A stretch of 64,000 nucleotides of DNA from Escherichia coli (GCF_003334305.1 NZ_QOWS01000003.1); one strand, 5' to 3'; positions 1 to 9,809 are shown, counted from the first letter of the stretch. The notes: generated by a model from the letters alone, not told the origin. Translations and numbers: made by a program.

Positions 1-1
1 C

Positions 2-1543
2 TCATGCATCCTCCATCGGCGTAAACAGGCTACTTTCCATCAGGCGTGGGTGCTTGATAATTGGACGGAAAGCCATATACGGCAGAATGTCGCGCTCAAT
101 CTCCACACCCGGCGCGATTTCAATTAATTCAACGCCTTCTGCCGTTAACTGGAATACTGCGCGTTCAGTGATATACAACACTTCCTGACCACTTTGCTGT
201 GCGTAGGCGGCGCTAAAAGTGATTTTTTCCACCTGGGTAACCAGTTTAGGGATTTGACCTGACTGGGTGATATGCAAGCCATCTGGCGTTACATCAATCT
301 TGCTACCTTTGGCGTCGAACGTGCCGCAGAACACCACTTTACGGGCGTTTTGCGCAATTTCGAGAAATCCGCCGGGGCCAATCAGATTGCCATTGAGATG
401 GGAGACGTTGACGTTACCGTACTGATCCATCTCTCCCATGCCGAGGAAGGTGATATCGATCCCTCCGCCACTGTAGAACTCAAATTGATCGAGTGATGGA
501 ATAATGGCATCGGCGTTGCGGGCACAACCAAACAGAGCATCATCAAGCATCATGCCGTTATGTACGCCTTGCTCGACGCTCAGCCATAAACTTTGGTAAG
601 GAACGCCTTCGCGCAGCGCTACGCCTGGAATACCGCCAGGAATACCAAAGCCAAAGTTGGTTGAAGCGCCAGCCACCAGTTCGCGTGCTGCCCGACGGGC
701 AATCAGGCGGCGCACCGGATGACTAACCAGTTCAATAGCGTCGTTAGAACTCAGACGGCGATGTTGACCGCTAATGGTCAGGTCGTAACCGCCAAGATAG
801 GTTTGCGGTTGTTCGCGGTGTTCAACGATGCCATCAACCAGAATGCCCGGTAATTTGACCCGGCGTGGTTCAATCGCGCCAGCTTCCAGCACATCGCGTA
901 CCTGTACGAACACTTTGCCGCCGCTGTTGTGTGCTGCCAGCGCCATGGAATAGCTATCCATATCAATCGCTTCTTCTTCAAGGCTGACGTTGCCTCGAGG
1001 ATCGGCATAAGTGCCACGCAAAATCGCGTAATCCACTTTGAAAGGGCGATAACGAAGTTTGGTTTCACCATCGATTTCAATCAGTTCTACCAGGTCGTCG
1101 GTAGTGCATTCATTCGACTTACCGCCGCCATTGCGTGGATCAACAAACGATCCCAGCCCAACGTGGGTAAAAAGCCCCGGACGTCCGGCGCCGATCTCCC
1201 GTAGCAGTGCCTGAATCACGCCACCAGGAAAGCAGTAGGCTTCAATCGTGTTATTTTTTACCAGCGCCTGCATTTTGGGCGACCAGGTAAAGTGCCCGGC
1301 AATAATGCGTTTGAGCATCTCTGCGTGCGCAAAACGATTAGTGCCTTTGCAGTCGCGATCGCCAATACCCAGCGAGTGGATTAGCGTCAGGTCGCGAGGG
1401 TGTCCGGTTTGCAGGAAACGCGCTTCAATAGCAGCCAGAATATGGTCCGCTTCCACCATACCGCCGCCGTTACCGCTAATAGCAATAGTCGCACCGTCCT
1501 GAATTTGCGCCGCCAGTGCCTCGGCGGTTGTTATCTTACGCAT
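2..1543 (-). CDS. family I CoA-transferase, fused alpha/beta (YdiF / acetate-CoA-transferase-like), 513 aa
   Basis: Complete ORF with ATG at 1541-1543 and stop at 2-4; glycine-rich motifs typical of CoA-transferases (ISGNGGG, GFGIPGG); last gene of a four-gene minus-strand cluster. Confidence 0.7.
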   Translation of the reverse strand: MRKITTAEALAAQIQDGATIAISGNGGGMVEADHILAAIEARFLQTGHPRDLTLIHSLGIGDRDCKGTNRFAHAEMLKRIIAGHFTWSPKMQALVKNNTIEAYCFPGGVIQALLREIGAGRPGLFTHVGLGSFVDPRNGGGKSNECTTDDLVELIEIDGETKLRYRPFKVDYAILRGTYADPRGNVSLEEEAIDMDSYSMALAAHNSGGKVFVQVRDVLEAGAIEPRRVKLPGILVDGIVEHREQPQTYLGGYDLTISGQHRRLSSNDAIELVSHPVRRLIARRAARELVAGASTNFGFGIPGGIPGVALREGVPYQSLWLSVEQGVHNGMMLDDALFGCARNADAIIPSLDQFEFYSGGGIDITFLGMGEMDQYGNVNVSHLNGNLIGPGGFLEIAQNARKVVFCGTFDAKGSKIDVTPDGLHITQSGQIPKLVTQVEKITFSAAYAQQSGQEVLYITERAVFQLTAEGVELIEIAPGVEIERDILPYMAFRPIIKHPRLMESSLFTPMEDA

Positions 1544-1552
1544 ACAATTTCC

Positions 1553-2335
1553 TTATTGATTATGGAAGCTTACGCTACTTTTTTCGGCAAAGGCGCGCGT
1601 CGCCTGCTGGCAATCCTGAGTGGCGGACATTAATCCGGCCAGTAGCTGGTGCGGGTAATCGGCATGTTTATTTTCCAGTGCCAGAATCAGTTGCTTAATA
1701 TGTGCAAGCGCCACCGGACCGCATTTTTCCAGCTGCGCTAACTGGTTCGCCATCCAGCTTTCCACCTGTTCTTTTTCTACCACTTCATCAATTAAATTCG
1801 CCGCCTGGGCTTCCTGCGCCGTCAGGCGTTTACCCAGCATCAGCATCTGGCGACCGACCACCGGACCAACCTGATTAAGCACACGTTCAATGCCCATCCA
1901 GCCAGGCACCATGCCGAGCATCACTTCCGGGTTAGAGAATTTCGCGCCGGGGCGGGCAATACGAATATCGCAGCACAAGGCAAGTTCAATACCACCGCCG
2001 ATGGTATGACCGTTGAGATTCGCAACGGTTAATTGGGGTAAGTTGCGCAGGCGATTAAAAACGTCATTACCGCGTTTAATCCATTTTCTGCCCATATCTA
2101 ATGGCGAATAGGCTGACCACGATTTAATATCGCCACCCGCACAAAAGAATTTATCGCCGGTTGCCGTTAATTCGACTAATCGTAATGTGGTGTCGTTTTC
2201 AATTTCATTTAAATAATGGTCGAGAGATTCGATCATCTCTTCGTTAATAGCATGACATTTATCTTCACGGTTCAATGTCAGGCGGCAGGAAGCTGCCGCT
2301 CTGCTGAACAGAACGGGTTGGTCACTCATGATCAT
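1553..2335 (-). CDS. enoyl-CoA hydratase/isomerase (crotonase superfamily), 260 aa
   Basis: ORF-track protein has crotonase-like core (GGGIELALCCDIRIA); 9-nt gap to downstream CoA-transferase; alternative ATG two codons downstream. Confidence 0.7.
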   Translation of the reverse strand: MIMSDQPVLFSRAAASCRLTLNREDKCHAINEEMIESLDHYLNEIENDTTLRLVELTATGDKFFCAGGDIKSWSAYSPLDMGRKWIKRGNDVFNRLRNLPQLTVANLNGHTIGGGIELALCCDIRIARPGAKFSNPEVMLGMVPGWMGIERVLNQVGPVVGRQMLMLGKRLTAQEAQAANLIDEVVEKEQVESWMANQLAQLEKCGPVALAHIKQLILALENKHADYPHQLLAGLMSATQDCQQATRAFAEKSSVSFHNQ

Positions 2336-2338
2336 TCC

Positions 2339-3181
2339 TTAACAATAATGCGCGATGCGATCGACGCTAATATCCAGCGTGCTGTTAATATCTTTCTGCC
2401 ACCAGTAAGGCGAGAATATTTCCAGTTCAATAGCACCATTAAATCCGGCGTTTTCAACCAGCCGACGAATTGACGGAATATTGATGACGCCATCTCCCGG
2501 CATACCACGGTCATTGACCAGATCAGTGGTCGGCACTAACCAGTCGGAAACATGAAACGCGAGGATGCGTTTTCCGGCACGCAGGATCTGACTGGCGAGA
2601 TCCGGGTCCCACCAAACATGGTAGACATCTACCGCCACGCCGAGGCCAAATTCGCCATCGGGATCGAGTTCATCACACCAGTCCAGCGCCTGACGTAACG
2701 TGCACAGACAGGAACGATCGGCTGCGGTCATCGGGTGCAGCGGCTCCAGTGCAATTGGCACGCCGACATCTTTCGAATGTGGCAGCAACTGGCGAATCCC
2801 TTGTTTCACTTGTTCCCGCGCTTCATATAGATCTTTAGTGCCCGTTGGCAGACCGCCAACCACCTGCATATAACAGGCGGCATTCAGTACAGCGGCGTCG
2901 TCCAGCGCCCGGCGGTTATCGTCAATCGCCAGTTTGCGCTCCGCCAGCGTCGGTGCGGTGTAGTAGGTGCTACGGCACAAACCGGAAACGTTCATCTTAC
3001 TGGCGGCAAGCTGACGGGCGATCTGCTGGAGATCTTCGCCCTGCAACTCCCTGCGCCAGGGGGCAATTGCGCCAATACCGCGTGCAGCGCAGGCATCAAT
3101 AATGGCGGGTAGCGGCGTTTTATAGCCCAGTGTTGCGGTATTGATACTGAATAAATCCGGGCGTTGTAACAGATCTCTCAT
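2339..3181 (-). CDS. sugar-phosphate isomerase/epimerase-like TIM-barrel protein (xylose-isomerase-like fold), 280 aa
   Basis: ORF-track protein resembles the AP-endonuclease-2 / xylose-isomerase-like TIM-barrel family; tightly packed in the same operon (3-nt gap to hydratase). Confidence 0.55.
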   Translation of the reverse strand: MRDLLQRPDLFSINTATLGYKTPLPAIIDACAARGIGAIAPWRRELQGEDLQQIARQLAASKMNVSGLCRSTYYTAPTLAERKLAIDDNRRALDDAAVLNAACYMQVVGGLPTGTKDLYEAREQVKQGIRQLLPHSKDVGVPIALEPLHPMTAADRSCLCTLRQALDWCDELDPDGEFGLGVAVDVYHVWWDPDLASQILRAGKRILAFHVSDWLVPTTDLVNDRGMPGDGVINIPSIRRLVENAGFNGAIELEIFSPYWWQKDINSTLDISVDRIAHYC

Positions 3182-3190
3182 GATTCAGCC

Positions 3191-3982
3191 TCAGAAGCGC
3201 GGCATACTTAAGCCGCCGTCGATGGCGACCGCCTGACCACAGGTGTAAATCAGTTTACCTTCCGCCATCGCGCGGACGGTGGAAGCAATATCAGCCGGAT
3301 AACCCCAACGTCCCCACGGCACCAGACCTTTGGCAATCAGTTCGTCGTAATAAGCCGTTGCCGGAATAGTCATATCAGTTTTGATGAGACCTGGGCGCAC
3401 TTCATAAACGCCAATTTGTTCATTACAAAGGCGAGCAGCAAATAGACGAGCAGCGGCAGAAACGGCGGTTTTGGCAATGGTGTATTCGCCGCGATTCATC
3501 GCCAGCATGATGGCGTTGATGGAACTGACGAAAATAATCGAGCGGTGCGGCAGTTCCGCTTCCGGTTTCGGCTGTGCCAGTAAGCGCTTACTGAATGCCT
3601 GAGCAAGGAAGAACGGCGCGCGGGTGTTAATGGCAATGTTTTGATCGAAGCTGTCTGGTTCGAGGTCGAGGAGGTCACCGCGTTTTTTCACTGAAATCCC
3701 GGCGTTATTGAGCAGGCAGTCCAGACGCCCCCACTGGTTTTGCGCCGCGTCGAGCATCTCTTCATGCAAGGAGAGATCGCCGACATCGGCAGGGAAGCAA
3801 ATGACTTCCACGCCTTCTGCCAAACATTCTTGTTGTGTGATATGCAGTTTTTCTACGCTGTCGGCATCGGGACGATCGTTAATCAGCAGGTTAAACCCGC
3901 CACGAGCAAGCTCCAGCGCACAGCCCTTTCCAATACCACGAGCGGCTCCGGTAATCACGGCAACTGGACGAGTGGATTTCAT
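3191..3982 (-). CDS. short-chain dehydrogenase/reductase (SDR), 263 aa
   Basis: N-terminal TGAARGIGKG Rossmann motif and Y-x3-K catalytic motif (YTIAK); first gene of the minus-strand cluster, divergent from the TetR gene. Confidence 0.75.
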   Translation of the reverse strand: MKSTRPVAVITGAARGIGKGCALELARGGFNLLINDRPDADSVEKLHITQQECLAEGVEVICFPADVGDLSLHEEMLDAAQNQWGRLDCLLNNAGISVKKRGDLLDLEPDSFDQNIAINTRAPFFLAQAFSKRLLAQPKPEAELPHRSIIFVSSINAIMLAMNRGEYTIAKTAVSAAARLFAARLCNEQIGVYEVRPGLIKTDMTIPATAYYDELIAKGLVPWGRWGYPADIASTVRAMAEGKLIYTCGQAVAIDGGLSMPRF

Positions 3983-4047
3983 ACAATAACCCTCTTTTGA
4001 ATATCGTTTTCTTTAGTGATGATTAGCTTGCGACTGGCAGGTAAAAA

Positions 4048-4071
4048 GATCAACCATCTAGTTGGTTGATC
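4048..4071. promoter_or_regulatory. 24-bp near-perfect palindrome GATCAACCAtctagTTGGTTGATC in the SDR/TetR divergent intergenic region; candidate TetR operator
   Basis: Read directly in sequence between the divergent SDR start (3982) and the TetR gene. Confidence 0.5.
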
Positions 4072-4191
4072 TGCGAGAGTGATCACAGGTAATTTGATAA
4101 CTCAATGAAATTACGACTTTTATCCTTTTTGCTGTCGCTGAGATCAAATCCGGTTATGATAGCCATCACGAAGAGGAAGTGGGGAAGTGGA

Positions 4192-4830
4192 ATGTATCTT
4201 GATACCAGTCACGCACAAAACCTGAAGGAAAAATTGCTGCTATGTGCGGTTAATGAATTTGCCGAATATGGTTATGAAGGGGCCAGAGTAGATAATATTG
4301 TTAAGGCAGCAGGGTGTAGTAAACAGACGGTTTATCACCACTTTGGTAATAAAGAAAATTTGTTTATTGAAGTACTGGAATATACCTGGAACGATATTCG
4401 CGAAAAAGAGAGAGAGCTTGACATTTCAGGGCTTTCTCCGGTTATTGCGATCGAGAAAATAATTGATTTTACTTGGGATTATTACATCAATAATCCGTGG
4501 TTTTTAAAAATTGTCCATAGTGAAAACCAAAGTAAGGGTGTGCATTATAAAAAATCAAAACGCCTCGCTGAAATTAACCATGCACATTTGCAGTCAATGG
4601 CTTCGTTATTAGAAGAAGGGCAGCGACAGAAAACCTTTAAGAAAGATATTGATCCCTTACAAATCAATATTAATATCGCCGCACTGGGTGCATATTATTT
4701 AATAAACCAGTACACACTGGGGATGGTTTATCACATTAGCATGGTTTCACCTGAGGCTTTGGAAGCCAGACGCAGAGTGATCAAAGAGACCATCCTGAGC
4801 TGGCTTTTGGTGAACCCTGCCCGTGGGTAA
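4192..4830 (+). CDS. TetR-family transcriptional regulator (about 212 aa from ATG 4192; ORF track offers upstream ATG 4105)
   Basis: TetR-type N-terminal HTH ([19 protein letters not shown]); GGAAG Shine-Dalgarno upstream of ATG 4192; the 29-aa extension from 4105 looks non-native; divergent from the catabolic cluster. Confidence 0.65.
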   Translation: MYLDTSHAQNLKEKLLLCAVNEFAEYGYEGARVDNIVKAAGCSKQTVYHHFGNKENLFIEVLEYTWNDIREKERELDISGLSPVIAIEKIIDFTWDYYINNPWFLKIVHSENQSKGVHYKKSKRLAEINHAHLQSMASLLEEGQRQKTFKKDIDPLQININIAALGAYYLINQYTLGMVYHISMVSPEALEARRRVIKETILSWLLVNPARG

Positions 4831-5460
4831 TCAGCGTGCGCGGATGAAATTACCATCAGGTTGGCGGGTGAACAGTACTTGCTGATTATTTCCCGTATCA
4901 ATGGTTAAGCCGGTAACCACCCCATTCGCATTTTGACGGATTTTAACAATCTGACCATTTTGCAGGTTACTGAGCGGTTTATCCGCGCCCTCGACCTGGG
5001 CCATAGCGTACACATCTGTAGGCGGCAAATTATGGTCGCGGAACAGCTGGGCAAGGGTCTTGCCTGGTTCTACGCGATATGTCCGCCACTGTTGATCGAT
5101 ACCACTTTCCGGTTGGAAAGATTGTGTCTCTGCAACAGGTGGCTCTTCAGGTTGACCTTCCTGAATAGGTTCCGGCGCGACCGGGGCGACCTGATCCGGA
5201 TCGTTTTGCGGCGTCACTAAATGTGCCTGTAGCTGTGCTTCACCTGGGGGGGGTGATTGCATATCTAACTGCGCTTCGCGGGTGACAACAGGCATCTGGC
5301 GTGTTTCATCTCCAGGCAGAAGAATACCGATAATCAGCACTATTGCCGCAATAATGATTCCCCGGCGATGCATCGGCGGCAACGGGTCCATGAGGCGAAA
5401 GTTATCTGGTGCGTGCCAGATTTTCACCAGAGTTGGTTTTAGTTCAAAGCGCCCAGGCAT
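4831..5460 (-). CDS. ytfB: OapA/LysM-domain cell-division protein YtfB
   Basis: Protein MPGRFELKPTLVKIWHAPDNF... recognised as E. coli YtfB; ATG 5458-5460 preceded by GGAGG; ORF-track start 5493 is an upstream alternative. Confidence 0.85.
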   Translation of the reverse strand: MPGRFELKPTLVKIWHAPDNFRLMDPLPPMHRRGIIIAAIVLIIGILLPGDETRQMPVVTREAQLDMQSPPPGEAQLQAHLVTPQNDPDQVAPVAPEPIQEGQPEEPPVAETQSFQPESGIDQQWRTYRVEPGKTLAQLFRDHNLPPTDVYAMAQVEGADKPLSNLQNGQIVKIRQNANGVVTGLTIDTGNNQQVLFTRQPDGNFIRAR

Positions 5461-5678
5461 GGTTTTCCTCCAGCTCCGCGTCGTGTTCCTCAATCATAGC
5501 GCAGTAATAAGCTAACGCTATGATGTCCGTGGTATTACCGCTGTTTTTGTATTCATGCGGATTATCCCTATTGTTTCTGTTTCCCTGGGATTTGTCACTC
5601 ATCCCGCGACAAAGTTTTACCAGAAGAAGCGTGGCTGATATCCTGCCCGCTACTTTATACCCTAAGAAAGGAAATACG

Positions 5679-6299
5679 ATGACCACCCCAACTTTTGACA
5701 CCATCGAAGCGCAAGCAAGCTACGGCATTGGTTTGCAGGTAGGGCAACAACTGAGTGAATCTGGCCTGGAAGGGCTGCTGCCAGAAGCACTGGTTGCAGG
5801 TATTGCCGATGCGCTGGAAGGCAAACATCCGGCTGTTCCGGTTGATGTGGTGCATCGCGCGCTGCGTGAAATCCACGAGCGCGCCGATGCCGTTCGTCGT
5901 CAGCGTTTCCAGGCGATGGCTGCTGAAGGTGTGAAATACCTGGAAGAAAACGCCAAAAAAGAAGGTGTGAATAGCACCGAATCTGGCCTGCAATTCCGCG
6001 TGATCAACCAGGGTGAAGGCGCAATTCCGGCACGTACCGACCGCGTTCGTGTTCATTACACCGGTAAACTGATCGACGGCACCGTGTTTGACAGCTCCGT
6101 TGCTCGTGGTGAACCCGCTGAATTTCCGGTTAATGGCGTGATCCCTGGCTGGATTGAAGCACTGACTCTGATGCCGGTAGGTTCTAAATGGGAACTGACT
6201 ATCCCGCAGGAACTGGCATATGGCGAGCGCGGCGCAGGCGCATCCATCCCTCCGTTCAGTACCCTGGTGTTTGAAGTCGAACTGCTGGAAATTCTCTAA
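5679..6299 (+). CDS. fklB: FKBP-type peptidyl-prolyl cis-trans isomerase
   Basis: Protein [20 protein letters not shown]... recognised as FklB (206 aa); ATG 5679 with AAGGAAA Shine-Dalgarno; ORF-track start 5520 is an upstream extension. Confidence 0.9.
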
Positions 6300-6607
6300 G
6301 CAGCGCATTCTGTTCCCCTCGAACCAGAGGGGAGCAGGCATTCAGCAATAAACCCTTCAGTTTGCCAAACGGCGCTATTTTGTGTTGCAAAGACCCCGTA
6401 AGCGTGTATTTTTGTGAGCTGTTTCGCGTTATCACCGTGATATGACACTCACTTTAAACATAAAATTAACATTAGATCTAAATCTTAGTATTCATCCCGC
6501 GTATTGTTACCTAATATCGATGAGTCCCGATACAGATTCGTCGTATCATAGACTGACTAAAGGCCGTAGAGCCTGAACAACACAGACAGGTACAGGAAGA
6601 AAAAAAC

Positions 6608-8020
6608 ATGGTAGATCAGGTAAAAGTCGTTGCCGATGATCAGGCTCCGGCTGAACAGTCGCTACGGCGCAATCTCACAAACCGACATATTCAGCTTATT
6701 GCCATTGGCGGTGCCATTGGTACGGGGTTGTTTATGGGGTCCGGCAAAACGATTAGCCTTGCCGGGCCGTCGATCATTTTCGTTTATATGATCATTGGTT
6801 TTATGCTCTTTTTCGTGATGCGGGCAATGGGGGAATTGCTGCTTTCGAATCTGGAATACAAATCTTTTAGTGACTTCGCTTCCGATTTACTCGGGCCGTG
6901 GGCAGGATATTTCACCGGCTGGACCTACTGGTTCTGCTGGGTTGTAACCGGTATGGCAGACGTGGTGGCGATCACGGCTTATGCTCAGTTCTGGTTCCCC
7001 GATCTCTCCGACTGGGTCGCCTCGCTGGCGGTGATAGTGCTGCTGCTGACGCTCAACCTTGCCACCGTGAAAATGTTCGGTGAGATGGAGTTCTGGTTTG
7101 CGATGATCAAAATCGTCGCCATCGTGTCGCTGATTGTCGTCGGCCTGGTCATGGTGGCGATGCACTTTCAGTCACCGACCGGTGTGGAAGCGTCATTCGC
7201 GCATTTGTGGAATGACGGCGGCTGGTTCCCGAAAGGTTTAAGTGGCTTCTTTGCCGGATTCCAGATAGCGGTTTTCGCTTTCGTGGGGATTGAGCTGGTA
7301 GGTACTACAGCTGCGGAAACCAAAGATCCGGAGAAATCACTGCCACGCGCGATTAACTCCATTCCGATCCGTATCATTATGTTCTACGTCTTCGCGCTGA
7401 TTGTGATTATGTCCGTGACGCCGTGGAGTTCGGTAGTCCCGGAGAAAAGCCCGTTCGTTGAGCTGTTTGTGTTGGTAGGTTTGCCTGCGGCTGCCAGCGT
7501 GATCAACTTTGTGGTGCTGACCTCTGCGGCGTCTTCCGCTAACAGCGGTGTCTTCTCTACCAGCCGTATGCTGTTTGGTCTGGCGCAGGAAGGTGTTGCG
7601 CCGAAAGCGTTCGCTAAACTTTCTAAGCGCGCAGTACCCGCGAAAGGGTTGACCTTCTCGTGTATCTGTCTGCTCGGCGGCGTGGTGATGTTGTATGTGA
7701 ATCCTAGCGTGATTGGCGCGTTCACGATGATTACAACCGTTTCCGCGATTCTGTTTATGTTCGTCTGGACGATTATCCTTTGCTCGTACCTGGTGTATCG
7801 CAAACAGCGTCCTCATCTGCATGAGAAGTCGATCTACAAGATGCCGCTCGGCAAGCTGATGTGCTGGGTATGTATGGCGTTCTTTGTGTTCGTGATCGTG
7901 CTGCTGACACTGGAAGATGACACTCGCCAGGCGCTGCTGGTTACCCCGCTGTGGTTTATCGCGCTGGGGTTGGGCTGGCTGTTTATTGGTAAGAAGCGGG
8001 CTGCTGAACTGCGGAAATAA
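6608..8020 (+). CDS. cycA: D-serine/D-alanine/glycine:H+ symporter (APC family)
   Basis: 470-aa multi-pass membrane protein recognised as CycA; conserved fklB-cycA-ytfE order. Confidence 0.95.
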   Translation: MVDQVKVVADDQAPAEQSLRRNLTNRHIQLIAIGGAIGTGLFMGSGKTISLAGPSIIFVYMIIGFMLFFVMRAMGELLLSNLEYKSFSDFASDLLGPWAGYFTGWTYWFCWVVTGMADVVAITAYAQFWFPDLSDWVASLAVIVLLLTLNLATVKMFGEMEFWFAMIKIVAIVSLIVVGLVMVAMHFQSPTGVEASFAHLWNDGGWFPKGLSGFFAGFQIAVFAFVGIELVGTTAAETKDPEKSLPRAINSIPIRIIMFYVFALIVIMSVTPWSSVVPEKSPFVELFVLVGLPAAASVINFVVLTSAASSANSGVFSTSRMLFGLAQEGVAPKAFAKLSKRAVPAKGLTFSCICLLGGVVMLYVNPSVIGAFTMITTVSAILFMFVWTIILCSYLVYRKQRPHLHEKSIYKMPLGKLMCWVCMAFFVFVIVLLTLEDDTRQALLVTPLWFIALGLGWLFIGKKRAAELRK

Positions 8021-8032
8021 CCGCATTATCAT

Positions 8033-8060
8033 GCTGGATGGCGCAATGCCATCCAGCTTT
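8033..8060. terminator. hairpin terminator between convergent cycA and ytfE
   Basis: Perfect 10-bp stem GCTGGATGGC/GCCATCCAGC with 5-nt loop followed by TTT. Confidence 0.6.
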
Positions 8061-8064
8061 GAGA

Positions 8065-8727
8065 TCACTCACCCGCCAGCGCGCGTGGGAACAGCACATT
8101 GTTTTCCAGACTGATGTGATCCATCAGGTCATCAATCAGTTCATTAATACCGTTATACATCGCTTTCCAGGTGGTGCAGGCTTCTGGCGGCGGTGTGACG
8201 TTATTGGTAGTGTGTTTGATCACTTCCAGCAGTTCGCCCGCTTCATCGTGCTCGCTTTCCATTACGCTGATTGGCCCCATTGCCTGGCTGCCCATGCCTT
8301 GTTTGATCATCGGGAAGAGGATCTGCTCTTCTTTCATCATGTGGCTGGAAAGCTCTTCATGCAGCATAGTCAGGTATTTTGTCAGCCCTTTTGGCACGCT
8401 CGGTTTGTCGGCGTGAACGCGCTCGACTTTAGTCGCTTGCAGGATCAGCTCCGGCAGCTGCTCGCGGTGACGATCGTGGTAGCGCACGATGATATGGTCA
8501 ATGATTTCTGCCAGCGGGGCGCTACGCCAGTCTTTCTCAATCGGTTGTTCAGCAAGCTTTGCCAGTTCAGCTTCAATGACCTCAACATCCAGTTCTTTAC
8601 GTGCCGCCGCGCGCGCCAGCGTTTGCTTACCGCCACAGCAGTAATCCATATCATATTTACGAAACAGAGCTGAAGCGCGAGGAATAGAGAGCGCCAGTTC
8701 ACCTAAAGGTTGGTCGCGATAAGCCAT
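8065..8727 (-). CDS. ytfE: iron-sulfur cluster repair di-iron protein
   Basis: 220-aa protein [33 protein letters not shown]... recognised as YtfE; NsrR-type palindrome upstream. Confidence 0.95.
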   Translation of the reverse strand: MAYRDQPLGELALSIPRASALFRKYDMDYCCGGKQTLARAAARKELDVEVIEAELAKLAEQPIEKDWRSAPLAEIIDHIIVRYHDRHREQLPELILQATKVERVHADKPSVPKGLTKYLTMLHEELSSHMMKEEQILFPMIKQGMGSQAMGPISVMESEHDEAGELLEVIKHTTNNVTPPPEACTTWKAMYNGINELIDDLMDHISLENNVLFPRALAGE

Positions 8728-8753
8728 AGCTGATACCTCATTCTTAAAAAGAT

Positions 8754-8776
8754 AAGATGTATTTTAAATACATCTT
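8754..8776. promoter_or_regulatory. NsrR-type operator, perfect palindrome AAGATGTATTTTAAATACATCTT upstream of ytfE
   Basis: 23-bp perfect inverted repeat about 27 bp upstream of the ytfE start; matches the known NsrR site type for this NO-responsive gene. Confidence 0.75.
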
Positions 8777-8834
8777 TAAGGCAAAAGCTATAACCCTTAC
8801 GTAGCAGAGGCTTATTTAACTCACTGCCAGCGTG

Positions 8835-9809
8835 TCAACTTTCTGAGACAGATTCAGTTAAAGGCTTTTCTGGTTTTGCTCTGACCGCGATGACCACGCC
8901 AATCACTAACAGCGCGATACCGCTCAGCGTCATTAGCGGCGGCATTTGCTGGCGGAGTAAAAAGGTGTACAGCAAACCTGCCAGCGTTTCGAAAACAATC
9001 AGCGGCCCGAGAATCACTGTCGGTAATCGCTGGCTGGCGACGTTCCAGCAGAGTGCGCCAACCCATGAGCAAAGCACGGCTATCGCAATCATCAGACTAA
9101 TAAACACCAGCGGACGGGGGCCAAAAGGTAAGGAGAAGTCCGGCGTTTGTATATTCAGCCAGTAACAGGCGACGAGATAGCCGATGAGAGAAACCGGCAG
9201 CGTGACCAGCGCCTGCGCCGTCGCCCACATCATCGGATGTTTGTCGGGATTTTCCCGCAGCCAGCGGGCGTTGCGCAGGGCATACCATGCCCAGCAAACC
9301 ACGGAAACTAACGCCAGCACGATGCCAGAGGTATAACGTGCCCAGTCAAAATCGGGGAGTCCGTGGTTTAACTCAGCAATATTCACACACGCCAGGCCGA
9401 TGCCAATACAAATCAGTGCCGGGGCGAGTTTTCCCCATGCGAGTTTGCCGTCGCGCTGGCTATAAAGCAGATTGGCAAAAACGGGAATCACCACCGGCAG
9501 GGTGCCGATAATCATCGTGGAAACAGGCGCGCCAGTACGTTGAATGGCACTGGCAAGGCAGAAGTAATAAATGAGGTTGCCCATCATAGTGAGCATCAAG
9601 GCGGTAAGCCAGTCCCGACGCGCCAACTGACGCAGACGCACGCGTCCCAGCCAGGCAATGGGTAGCGCAATTAACCCTAACGCCAGATAACGCCCCATCG
9701 ACTGCAACATCGCCGGGTATTCCGGCACGATCAACGGCCCGACAAAAATAAGCCCCCACATCAACCCTGCTAACAGGGCGTACAGCACGCCGCTAATCAT
9801 TACTGGCAT
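8835..9809 (-). CDS. ytfF: inner-membrane DMT/EamA-family transporter
   Basis: 324-aa hydrophobic ten-helix-type protein; position matches ytfF. Confidence 0.85.
   Translation of the reverse strand: MPVMISGVLYALLAGLMWGLIFVGPLIVPEYPAMLQSMGRYLALGLIALPIAWLGRVRLRQLARRDWLTALMLTMMGNLIYYFCLASAIQRTGAPVSTMIIGTLPVVIPVFANLLYSQRDGKLAWGKLAPALICIGIGLACVNIAELNHGLPDFDWARYTSGIVLALVSVVCWAWYALRNARWLRENPDKHPMMWATAQALVTLPVSLIGYLVACYWLNIQTPDFSLPFGPRPLVFISLMIAIAVLCSWVGALCWNVASQRLPTVILGPLIVFETLAGLLYTFLLRQQMPPLMTLSGIALLVIGVVIAVRAKPEKPLTESVSES

Noticed and set aside
5520-5678. N-terminal extension of fklB suggested by the ORF track (signal-peptide-like 53 aa)
   Set aside because: Canonical FklB starts at MTTPTFD (ATG 5679) with its own Shine-Dalgarno; the extension begins inside the ytfB promoter region and is not expected to be translated.
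7337-8068. 243-aa minus-strand ORF antisense to cycA
   Set aside because: Lies entirely antisense within a recognised conserved gene; product is His/Arg/Gln-rich low-complexity sequence typical of spurious antisense ORFs.
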